A DNA stretch of 64,000 nucleotides from Adineta vaga. Taxonomy: Eukaryota; Animalia; Rotifera. The stretch is taken from positions 6,820,001 to 6,884,000 of the forward strand of contig CP075497.1 of assembly GCA_021613535.1 (NCBI GenBank). The letters are read 5' to 3'. Positions 53,175 through 64,000 of this stretch are shown piece after piece. The notes under the pieces are model-generated. The model was not told where the DNA came from. It saw only the letters and a list, made by a program, of their open reading frames with translations, and did no database searches. The position numbers and the translations under genes are program-made. How positions within the stretch are numbered: position 1 is the first letter of the stretch; each line of letters opens with the position of its first letter.

Positions 53175-54518
53175 ATGAGTGATCCACTCAAACGCGTCGC
53201 TATTGTTGGCAGTGGTAATTGGTAGGTTGAAGATTTTGTTTTCGGTATTTCATTCTGTTCGAATCACTTAGGGGTTCAACAATTGCCAAAATTGTTGGAA
53301 ATAATATTGCTAAATTCAATACATTCGAAAATGAAATACGAATGTATGTATATGAAGAAATGGTTAATGGACGAAAACTAACTGAAATCATTAATCAAGA
53401 ACATGAAAATGTCAAGTATCTTCCTGGTCATAAATTTTCACCAAATGTGGTAAGTTGTATAAATTAAAATAAGAAAAAAGAAATTGCCTTCGGAAATCAA
53501 TTCTATTCAGGTTGCATATTCAGACGTCATTGAAACCGTAAAAGATGCTGATATTTTATTATTTATTTTACCACATCAATTCGTCGAACGAACATGTAAT
53601 GCAATCAAATCACATGTGAAAAATACTGCATTTGCTGTTTCATTTTCAAAAGTATATATATTGTTTGACAAAATACAAGAGAAAAATAAAACAATTTATC
53701 ATTCAGGGTTTTTATGTTGGAAAAGATAAACATGTTGATTTGTTATCATCAGTAATCAGTCGATTACTTGAAATTCCTTGTTATGTATTGATGGGTGCAA
53801 ATATTGCAACTGAAGTTGCTGCTGGTACATTTTGTGAAGCAACTGTTGGTTCACGTAATTATGAACATGGACAATTGATTAAAGGTCTTATTCAAACAGA
53901 TGAATTTCGTATTGTTATCAAACCAGATACAGAAGTTATTGAAGTTCTCGGTGCATTAAAAAATATTGTTGCTGTTGCAGCAGGTTTTTCTGATGGATTA
54001 GGTTTTGGTGATAATACGAAAGCAGCAGTTATTCGTCTTGGTCTAAAAGAAATGGTGAAATTTTGTGAAGAATTTTTTCCTGGTTTGTCTTTCATTTTGA
54101 ATAACGAATATATTCAATGCATCTTCATTTTTCTTTATAGGACATCATCCTCAAATCTTTTTAGAATCATGCGGTGTTGCTGATTTGGTTACGACTTGTT
54201 ATGGTGGTCGTAATCGTAAAGTTGCTCTGCTGCATTTGTAAAAACTGGTAAAGATATCAGAACACTTGAAGAAGAAATGCTCAATGGACAAAAACTACAA
54301 GGACCAGATGCTGCTGCTGAAGTTCAAGAATGGCTCAAAGAAAAAGGACAAGCAAATAAGTATGATATAATCTGCTAATTATAATTCTCTCTTTTTAAGA
54401 TGAATATTTATTTATATTTAGATTTCCCTTATTTGCAGCTGTTCATGATATATGTGAACGACGACTTGAACCAAAAGAATTAATTAATGCACTTCGTTAT
54501 CATCCAGAATTTTGGTAA
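53175..54518 (+). CDS. GPD1: NAD+-dependent glycerol-3-phosphate dehydrogenase with an apparent frameshift at ~54227
   Basis: [68 protein letters not shown]. The downstream LNGQKLQG is in a different frame. Confidence 0.9.
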
Positions 54519-55343
54519 ATGTCATATAACTAGTCAAGTCAAATGCAAGATTCTATGTCAAAGGAACAATTCGAAATTTTATCCTTTTGTTTTATTTAGT
54601 GTAGTTCTTTAAGACAAGGTGTTTTCTTTTCATTTTTTCTTTGTATTCTTTTCAAACCATCATCATCGTCTTCCGGTAATCAGACGAATAATAATTGGTG
54701 CTCTTGAATAAATATATATATACATATTATAAAGAAAAAAAAGCAATCATAACCTCTTATGTTTTAGTATTTCAAGGAGAATTGGATCAAATTCCTTACA
54801 ACGTTATCTTTCTACTTTCTTTGCATTTGCATATACTCGAAAGGTATAGTTTCACTTCTCCAGCCATGAATAATTCCTATTTAACAAATGCGTCCCGCGA
54901 CTCCATTTGAAAAATTAAGAAACAGTTTCTTTTTCTAAGTTTTACACTTAATAAATTCACAGACTAAAAAGAGAAAAAACTCATATCGTATGTGTAATTC
55001 CACATCATACATAATCAGTATGTGGATGGATAGAAAAAACACGCTGAGTTTTTTTTTCTCTTTCTTCATTCATGTTATAATTTGACAAAAAAGAAAAAGA
55101 AATAGAAAGACATGAGATGAGATTGCTCATTCTCAAGTAAGAAATGTTGTCTTGGTGAAGTTGTTTTTCTCTCTCTCTCTCTTTTTCTTTCTATAAATAG
55201 TCAAAAGAAAAAGTAACGTACTTTTATTCCAGTAAAGTTTTAGTTGTACTATTATTTGCCGACCTCAATTAAGGTTTACTTGACAAAAAAGAGTTTTTAT
55301 TTCATAAATTCTCACGAAATATTCACGAGTGATTAGTTTTACA

Positions 55344-55947
55344 ATGCCGACTAAAATGAACAAAGAAGAAATAAAAAAAGTATGTGAAATGTTTATGAAT
55401 TGATGGTAGCATAGATTCTACGTTTATGTTTAGTTATTTAAAGAGTTTGATAATGGAAATGGACATTTATCATTAGCAGAAATCGATCGAGCTATTACTC
55501 ATTATCATCCAGAACTTGGAACGAACAAAAAAGCTATTATGCGAGCGTATAAGGAAGCAGATACAAGTGGCGTAAGAGATTTCATAAGGTTTCTTTGTTT
55601 CGAATAAGTTTCGTTTTGGTTTTCTTTGTAGAATGGTTTTGTTGAATTACGAGAATTTCAAAAAATTGTTGAACTACTTATTTATTACAATGAAATAAGT
55701 CAAATCTTCGAAGAACTAGATACAAATGATGATCATCGTATTAGTTTTAGTGAATTTAAAAGAGGTTTTAGTTTGATGAATGAAGAAGATTTGGATGAGA
55801 GTTATTTACGACAAGAATTCAATCGAATTGATACTAATCGAGGTGGCTTTATTTTATTTGATGAAGTAAGATCATGTTAAGAAATTTCTTTTTCTTATTG
55901 TCTAATTTTAGTTTTGTATGTACATGGCAAATCGAAAAGTGAAATAG
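55344..55947 (+). CDS. EF-hand Ca2+-binding protein, flagellar calcium-binding protein (calflagin)-like; absent from the ORF track
   Basis: Four exons (introns 55380-55433, 55572-55631, 55866-55911) give MPTKMNKEEIKKLFKEFDNGNGHLSLAEID...AIMRAYKEADTSGNGFVELREF...FEELDTNDDHRISFSEF...FNRIDTNRGGFILFDEFCMYMANRKVK*. Confidence 0.85.
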
Positions 55948-56506
55948 AACTAGTCATACGAAAACAATAATAAACGTTTAGATTTTGAATGTTGTTATAT
56001 ATCTAGAAAAACAGCTTATTGTGATTATTCTTAATAATAAATAATATCTATACGTTCTTCATAATAATTATCGAAGTTTTTTACCAATTTCAAATTTTCT
56101 CAAAAGAAGAAATATATTACATTGAATTGTCGACACTTGAGAACATTTCAAAATGCTGTAATAATATGTTGAATAGTTGTTGCTATGTACTTCAGAAAAG
56201 TAATTAAACAAACAACTATTAAGTTATTCATCGAATCCTATGTTGTTCGTCGATTGATATATTTAGCCGAATAAAGATCATTTCTTCTTTTCAATTGTCT
56301 CACTATTGCAACAAAAGGTTAGACATTTCTTTTTGTTTATTTTGCTTTTTATTTAATATTATAATTGAAATAAAAACAGAACAGTGTAGTGTGCTGTCCA
56401 CCCACACCCTCATGATCACCTTAACCATCAGGTTAAATGTGACATGATTTTATATTTCAAAATCAATGTCAAGTACAACTTATAAATATAATCAAATACC
56501 ATGAGT

Positions 56507-57559
56507 TTATGTCAAGTCTATAGTTGAATCATCAGAAATTGGAACAACTTGATTGTTTAGTGTTGGTCGTTTACAGTATAATTTCCCAATTTTTTTGAAT
56601 AAAACACTTTTAACTTGACGACGATATCGTCGAGATGAAATAATGAATAAATAGAAGGAACACTATACAAAAATATATAGAATAGCAAACTTATCAAACA
56701 TACTCATTGAACTACATACTGAATTATTGATGTAAAGAAATGAGATAGTTATGGCCCCAATGAGTTGTAGAGAAGCTGCTCGAATTAAATCATTTCGATC
56801 AGTTGGTGAAATTAAAGTATAAATTCGTTGAATAGTATATGGAAAAGTCAATAAACTAACAAAAATAACTCGAATGAATATCATTGAAGTCATTTGTCGA
56901 TCAAGTCGACGTCGAATAATTGGCATTTGACGTCGAATGATTCGACGAACATTCGTAAAAGCTAAAAAACTAAAGAATGATGAGATCAAAATTGGTAACA
57001 AACCACTTAAGATTGGATAATATACATATGTAATATAAGTCAGGAGTGCATCATTATATACATTGCAACCAGTAATTGGATGAATTTCTAAAAAAACAAT
57101 CACTGGTGTGCCATGTAATATCCAAATAATCACGGCTGATAATGTTAAATATTGAGCTAATTTAAGTGAACTCATTTGTCTTACATATGGACGAGAATTT
57201 GTTGATAAATACTGATCAATAGCAGCAAAACATATAATTGTTAAAGAAATAAGAGCAAATAATTGACCAAAGAATTGTCTTAATTTACACCAAATTGCGG
57301 ATGTTTGTGATGGATCATAATTAAATGCATTTATACCAATACGAAATGTAAAGGGTATGAGCAATGTTAGACTATTGATAATCGATTCGGAAATCAGATA
57401 AAACGCCGATGAATTTTGTCGTAAAAGTTTTAAATTGGATATTGTTATTATATTGCATATATTGCCAATAAGACCACCAAATAAAATAATAAAACTGACA
57501 TAAATTGTATAAGTTTGCGATATAGAAAGAATTGTTTGTGCTTTCATCAATGTTGACAT
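56507..57559 (-). CDS. Orphan rhodopsin-like GPCR
   Basis: GLIGN (TM1), WCKLR, FAAIDQY. An intron in TM7 is followed by CSFYLFIISSRRYRRQV...DLT*. Confidence 0.88.
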
Positions 57560-58142
57560 CGTTCTTTTCAGCCTATGAGATGATTGAGTATTTTATAAAA
57601 GTGTTAAGAAACTTGATATATATATATATATATATATACATGGTTAGCATGTTGTCTCAAAAGACTGATTAGAATTAAAATTAATGGAGATTTTATAACT
57701 TTCTTTTAGTTAATTGAAAAGAAAAATAATTTTTGCATAATGGGATAAATGACAATGTATTTTATGACCTGGTAATTTGAAAATATCTTTAGTATGATAA
57801 GTTGACGTTTCGGTAATCATCGAAAGCAAAAACAGCAGTAGAGAAAGTTTTAGAGTACCATGAATGTAAATCTCTTCTACTTAGATTAGTCAATGTTCAT
57901 ATTTAAAAAAATTGTTTGACAGAATGAAATGATGTTAAGCGTTTTTGATCGTATACTTTACGTACGATTTTCAGTATATAAAATTGAGCTGCTTTCTTAT
58001 CTCTATTTTTCATTAAGAAAAAGAAGCTTATTTACATAAATTTATCTTTTAGATAATAAATATAGTTTGGTACAGTAATCTTCTCATCATGTTGTTTGTC
58101 AGCTGACATTCACGAGATTTTCTCTGCCCATAAGAATAAGTT

Positions 58143-59195
58143 CTAATCCATTTCTACACTGGATATATGTGATATTGGGGATATTCGATTTCCATGTACA
58201 GTTTTATTGCAAAACATTCGCCAGTATTTTTTCACAAGAACATATCGAACTTGTCGACGGAATCGTGCTGAAGAGATGAGAAATAGATAAAACGATCCCT
58301 AGAAGAAAGAAAAAAAGAACCAACCAACAAACAAATAATAACTACGAAGAGTAAGTTCATTACATACGGAATAATTCAAAAAAAATAAAGAAATTGCTAT
58401 TGATCCAATTAAATCTGTAATTGCTCTGGAAAGTGAATCTTTTTGTGATATTTGACTTTGTATTGTATATATACGATGAATAACATAAGGTAATGTGACA
58501 GCTACACAAAAAGCAACACGAACGATAATCATCGCAGTTAATTGTCGATCAAGTCGTCGTCGAAAGATTGGTATTCGACTTCGTAAAACAGAACGAACAT
58601 TATAATACGCTAATATAGCAAATATTGACATAATTATAATTGGTAAGAATCCAGTCAGTATAAGATAATAGACATATGTGACATAAATAACAAATTCACT
58701 ACTTACAGATGCACATCCATTTCGTGTTTGATTGTTCATAAAAATTAGAAATAGAACTCCATGTAAACCCCAAGTAATTGTAGCAATACATGTAAGATAA
58801 TGTGCAAGTTTAAGTGTACTTAATTGTTTTAAATAGGATTGAAAACTTGTCGATAGATACTGATTAATTGCAGCAAAACAAACAATAGTTAACGAAAGAA
58901 GTGTACAACTTGTTGCAAATAGATATCGTATTTTACACCATAGAACTGATGTTTGTGTAAGATCATTATCAAAACCATTGATAGCAATACGAGAACTAAA
59001 TGATATAAGTAAATGAACACAATTTACAATTGATTCAGTTGTTAGATAGAAAGCAGATGGATTATTACGAAATCGTCTTGAACTTGTAAAAATAAGAATA
59101 TCAACGATATGACCAAATATACCTCCAAATAATATAATAAAACTGACCAGAACTGTATAATATCGAGAAATACGTAAGATCTCCTCTTCTATCAT
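58143..59195 (-). CDS. Orphan rhodopsin-like GPCR
   Basis: Paralog with WCKIR, FAAINQY and RRRLDRQLTAM, and the same TM7 intron. Last exon GSFYLFLISSARFRRQV...EMD*. Confidence 0.88.
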
Positions 59196-59879
59196 AATGT
59201 TTTATGTTTAATTTAGGATACTATTTTATAAATATAAAGAATTGGCACGGAGAAATCTCATATAACATCATCGTCATTGATGGAATTAATTGAAAAGATA
59301 TTCTGATACATTAGATATGAAATTTCGAATTGAAAATTTATTAAAAAATATAATAGGAAAAGTCGTATCAATAATGAATCATCTTTCAGAAAGTGTCCTT
59401 AGAGTAGAGATTGTTTAATCACAAATGGTTACATCTTTTGCAAAGAGATACTTTTCAAACTATTTCCATATCGAGATTAAAAACACATTTTTATAGGTTT
59501 AGAAATCATTTATTTTCTTTCGATTAAATACAAAATATAAATAATCGTTATTGAATGTGATCATAGTCTTTTTTTTCATCGAGTTATAAGATTAATCTAG
59601 CTGCTGATGAAACATAATATTTCGAGTATAATGCAAGTTTTGAATGCATTAATATAGATTATATTAATTTTGCACTCCATATCAACAGAATAAGAAAGAT
59701 ATTTGTTCGTAATAAATAAATATTTGAAATTCCTCTATAAGATATAACCACCAATAGAAACATTCAAAGAAAACAATAGATTTAAAGAAAAGAATATGTT
59801 ATATTCAGTTGACTTTAGCCTATCGTTTATATCGTTTCATACTGATATACACTATATCTAGGTTAAAAAATAGATTAAT

Positions 59880-60890
59880 ATGGAATCGTTTCTTCGTTGT
59901 TTACCTAAAGTAGAACTTCATGTACATGTTGAAGGAACAATGGAACCGGAATTATATTTTGAAATAGCAAAACGAAACAATATTACTAATCCATTTGCCG
60001 ATGTTAATACACTTAAACAAGCCTATGAAAATGTAACTGATTTAAAATCATTTCTTGACCTTTTGGAAAAAGTCTCAAATGTTCTTGTTACCAGTGAAGA
60101 TTTTTATGATTTAACGTGGACATATCTTCAACGTGCTGCTGCTGATAATGTTCGTCATTGTGAAATGTTTCATAATGTTCACGCTCATTCTAGTCGAGGT
60201 GTATCACTTTACGATCAATTTGATGGTTTATCACGCGCTTGCAACAAGGCAGAAAAGGAATTAAATATGACAACTGGAATTATAATTAGTTTTATGCGTG
60301 ATAAAACTGAACAATCAGCACTTGAGATTTTTGAAAAAGCTCTTGAATATCGAAGATATTTTGTTGGTATTGGTCTTGAATCGAATGAAATCAATAATCC
60401 ACCATCAAAATTTATTCAACTTTATAGAAAAGCACATGAAATGGGTTTACATTGTGTTGCTCATGCTGGTGAAGAAGGACCGGCAGCCTATGTTGAAGAA
60501 TCATTTGAAGTATTAAAAGTCGAACGTATCGATCATGGTATTCATTGTATGGATGATCCGTTATTATTAAAAAAGATTGGTCAATCACAAATCGTATTTA
60601 CAGTATGTCCTCTTTCGAATTTGAAATTAAACATTGTAAAGACAATTGATGATCTTCCAATAAAATTATTTCTTGAAAATCAAGTTAAAATTACTATTAA
60701 TTCCGATGATCCAGCTTATTTTGGTGGTTATATTCTTGCAAATTTTCATATTATACAAAAAACATTTCATTTATCTATGGAAGATTGGAGTCAATTGACA
60801 AAAAATGCTATTAATGGTGCATTTATTTCCAATGAAAGACGTCAAGATTTAATAAAAGAATTAATTATTGTTTCAGAAAATCATAAATAA
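59880..60890 (+). CDS. Adenine deaminase / adenosine deaminase-family enzyme, microbial type, intronless
   Basis: LPKVELHVHVEG, AHAGEEGP, ERIDHG, TVCPLSN, TINSDDPAYFGGY in a single 336-aa exon. Confidence 0.9.
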   Translation: MESFLRCLPKVELHVHVEGTMEPELYFEIAKRNNITNPFADVNTLKQAYENVTDLKSFLDLLEKVSNVLVTSEDFYDLTWTYLQRAAADNVRHCEMFHNVHAHSSRGVSLYDQFDGLSRACNKAEKELNMTTGIIISFMRDKTEQSALEIFEKALEYRRYFVGIGLESNEINNPPSKFIQLYRKAHEMGLHCVAHAGEEGPAAYVEESFEVLKVERIDHGIHCMDDPLLLKKIGQSQIVFTVCPLSNLKLNIVKTIDDLPIKLFLENQVKITINSDDPAYFGGYILANFHIIQKTFHLSMEDWSQLTKNAINGAFISNERRQDLIKELIIVSENHK

Positions 60891-61307
60891 AAGAATTTTA
60901 TCTATTAATATCAATACAAGTTATGTTGCTCGAGAGAGACATTCATCATTGTCACGTTATATTTTTATACAATTGATCAAGTGTGCAATTAATCACAATT
61001 ATGTATATATATGAGGATAGGCACATGATATGCAGAATATCATCTTCTATTTTGAATTATATGATAGGAAGTGGGGGAAAAAGCTTGATTTTATGTTGCA
61101 AATACTAATTATGTTATTGGCAAGTTTCTTCTGGGGAAAATGTTGTTGTTTGAACTTGTGAAACCAATTAGAGCGTTATTAGGATTGACATGATTATTCT
61201 AGTTGAAAGTTTCGAGTTCTATTCTTGAAATAAAACCAATTTTCTTGATACTCTGTGATTAATATGAAAGTGTATTTATTAAATGAATAATCAAAAGATA
61301 AAATAGA

Positions 61308-62360
61308 TCAATCAGATTCACTTCGTTGATCAACAGCTGGTGCTACTTGATTTTGAACTTGTAATCGATAACATCGCTGTACAGAATCCTTCAAGAAAAC
61401 ACACGTATATTTGATTTGTCGACGAAATCTTGGTGATACCAACACGAATAAATAGAATGTACACTGAAATATATAAAAATTGTTGAGTAACAAATTTCAA
61501 AAAACTAATCATTTACTCACAGCAGGATTTATATAAAACAGAGCATATGCAATAGTTGATACTAATTGATGAATAGCAATTCGAATAATATTGCTTGGTT
61601 CAACGGTAGTATTTATAACATAAATTCGAAAAACAATTGAAGGAAGAAGTGTAGCAACAAGAGATACAACTTTAGCAAGAACCATTGCAGTCAATTGTTT
61701 ATCAAGTTTTCGTCGAACTATGGGCATACGTAATTGAACTATTCGACGAACATTTAAATAAGCAAGTACACTAAAACTTATTGATACTAAAATAGGTATG
61801 ATTCCATTCAGAGTAATATAATGAAAAAAAGAATAATAGTATGAAAAATTCACATCATATATATTGCAACCAGTTACTGGTCGAAGTTCAAAGAAAACCA
61901 CGAATATTAGATCATATACAGTCCATACAATAATCGAACCATAGATAAGTCGACGAGATGATTTTAATGTACTCATTTGTCTTAAATATGCATAATAATT
62001 TGTTGATAAATATTGATCAATCGCAGCAAAACAAGTTGCTGAAAATGTTATAAGTGTTAATGTATGGGCAACCAATGGTCTTAGTTTACACCAAACAACG
62101 GACATTCGTGTTACATCTGTTAGAAATGCGACCTCTAGAAGACGAAATGGTAATGCTACAAGTAATAAACAACAATCAGTGATTGTTTGAGCAAGAAGAA
62201 AAAAAACACATTGATTTCGTCGAAATACTTTATAACATGTAAGAACAAGAATATTAATAATATTTCCAATAACACCCAAGATTAAAATAAGAAAATAACC
62301 ATAGATTGCAAATTCTTTTGCGATAAATAATATTGATGTTGCAATTTCTGATGAAGACAT
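61308..62360 (-). CDS. Orphan rhodopsin-like GPCR
   Basis: GVIGN, WCKLR, FAAIDQY, RRKLDKQLTAM and the same TM7 intron. Last exon CTFYLFVLVSPRFRRQI...ESD*. Confidence 0.88.
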
Positions 62361-62519
62361 TATGACAACAAATGTGATGTGAAATCTAATTAAATGAAAA
62401 TTTAAAAAAAACAAGACAAGGAACTAGTAGAATATAGTTATTATTAGAATGTATGCACATAACTCGACACTCTTTTCTAGTCAGTTTGATATTTTTCTGT
62501 TGATGATTTATGTTTTATT

Positions 62520-63620
62520 ATCTTTAGAATAAATTAATTATGTTGAAACGATCCGCTTATGCAACTTATATACTCGTTAGCCGAGTTAGTTTTAATGACA
62601 GAAGTTCAGTAGTTGGTATAATCGTTATGTCGTAAAGATGCTAATAAAAAACAAGAAGTGCAGTCATGTTGAAGTTTATCTATGCTATAATTAATGAAGA
62701 AAATAAAACAATATGACGTTTTGATATTTAATTGAAAATGTTCATCGAATCGATATTATCAAACTTGAAATGGCAGTGAACTCATCTGTTACTGATAGGA
62801 CTAGATGTTAATCTGGTGATTAAATATTTATGGTACTTATCTATCAAATCAGATATTTAAGATGATATTCTGGGAAACGAATCCTATCCCTCTAAATTTT
62901 CAGGGGAGAAGCACTTACGTAGCTGAAAGATCTGTATCATTGTATCTAGAGGATATTATTAAAAAACGTACTAATTTTCTATTGTATTTTAAACGTTTTT
63001 TCAGCTAGTATTAAGAAATATATCTTTTTCAAGCGATTTTTCTTGGTGTCTCATCTTAAACAACATGACTATGATAAACTGTTATGCGATCTTTTCTTAT
63101 TAAAAAAACGAGACCGTTTCTATCTTCTTACATCTTAGTGATGGAAAACGTGGACTCGCACTTTGATATATCCAGTGATTGCGAGAAGGATTTGATCTGC
63201 AGGCTACAAAAGTGATGGTGCAGATGGTTTACTTTATCATAAAAGAAAATTAAAAAATGATGGAATTTATAAGAGAATCAGCAAAAAGAGCATTTTTATT
63301 TAAATAGTGAACAGAACTCTAAATAAGGGAGAAAAATATAATTTTAACATTTAATCACCTGGTTTAAGGCAAAAATATGTTCATATCCACATATAAATAG
63401 GTGTTAATAATTCATGGTGTATGCTATATCATTCTAGGCAGATGCAGTGTAGATTTTTGCAACTTGCACTTTTATGGAGCGCTTTCAGTTGTCCCTAAAA
63501 TATCTTGGCACAACAAAACATCTATTGGTGAACATCTCTACATTATGATCAACCTGTCACACTGAGCGAATTTCGCTGGTTTTGACTCCCTTTTATATGA
63601 TCCCGTCGAGATTCTGAAAA
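62520..63620 (+). pseudogene. Possible heavily decayed clan GH-A glycoside hydrolase remnant
   Basis: Short motifs in the expected order but in broken frames: DILGNES (~62864-62884), SVDFCNLHFYG (~63446-63478), YDQPVTLSEF (~63544-63573). No ORF. Confidence 0.25.
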
Positions 63621-64000
63621 TGAACGCTTTTCCGGTCTCGACTGTGTAAATGAACTTCTCTAATGTGAACGAGTTTATTCGGCGTCGACTATTCATTAAA
63701 CATTATCATGCACATAATCGTTTTTTTTAATAAGATCAAATAGAAAGAAATTTTTGCTCGTAAGAATATGACTTTATTCCTATTCATTAATTCTAGTCAT
63801 TTGTCATTGACGAAATATAATCATATCTTCACAATTATAATCAGTATGAAAGAGAAAATGAATGTAATTAATAAAGAAGAATATAATTTCTCATAGTGAA
63901 GTGGGACAGTAAATTTAAAGTATTTTTTTTAATTGTATCTATTGTCTCAAGCGAGAATATAGATACACATATTGTTCCAAAACTAATTTAAATGACGAGC

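Overview
AT-rich, gene-dense eukaryotic DNA with many short (~45-80 nt) GT-AG introns. The intron size and the mix of expanded families (orphan GPCRs, NR1J-like receptors, TRAF-like, F-box, propeller proteins) with non-metazoan-type enzymes suggest a bdelloid rotifer; this is inference. I reconstructed about 23 genes by hand from splice signals. They are two nuclear receptors, a Cys-rich type I membrane protein, a PhyH-like dioxygenase, a cytoplasmic intermediate filament protein, a Na+/K+-ATPase beta subunit, two tandem SERCA pumps, myosin regulatory light chain, RBBP4/7, an SDR, a C2H2 transcription factor, a propeller gene with an in-frame stop, an F-box protein, two tandem TRAF-like genes, a frameshifted GPD1, a calflagin-like EF-hand gene absent from the ORF track, three orphan GPCRs, an intronless adenine deaminase and two small orphan proteins. 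The most notable feature is the SERCA locus. Copy 2 carries two mutually exclusive versions of transmembrane helix M7 plus the start of luminal loop L7-8: one 86-nt exon versus a pair of exons of 37+49 = 86 nt. It also has two alternative C-termini, a SERCA2b-like TM11 tail or a short acidic tail. Copy 1 has fixed the non-canonical M7 with a soluble tail, and both copies have N-terminal RRxS extensions. Both tandem pairs (SERCA, TRAF) show patchwork identity typical of gene conversion. All gene models are manual and unverified by transcripts.
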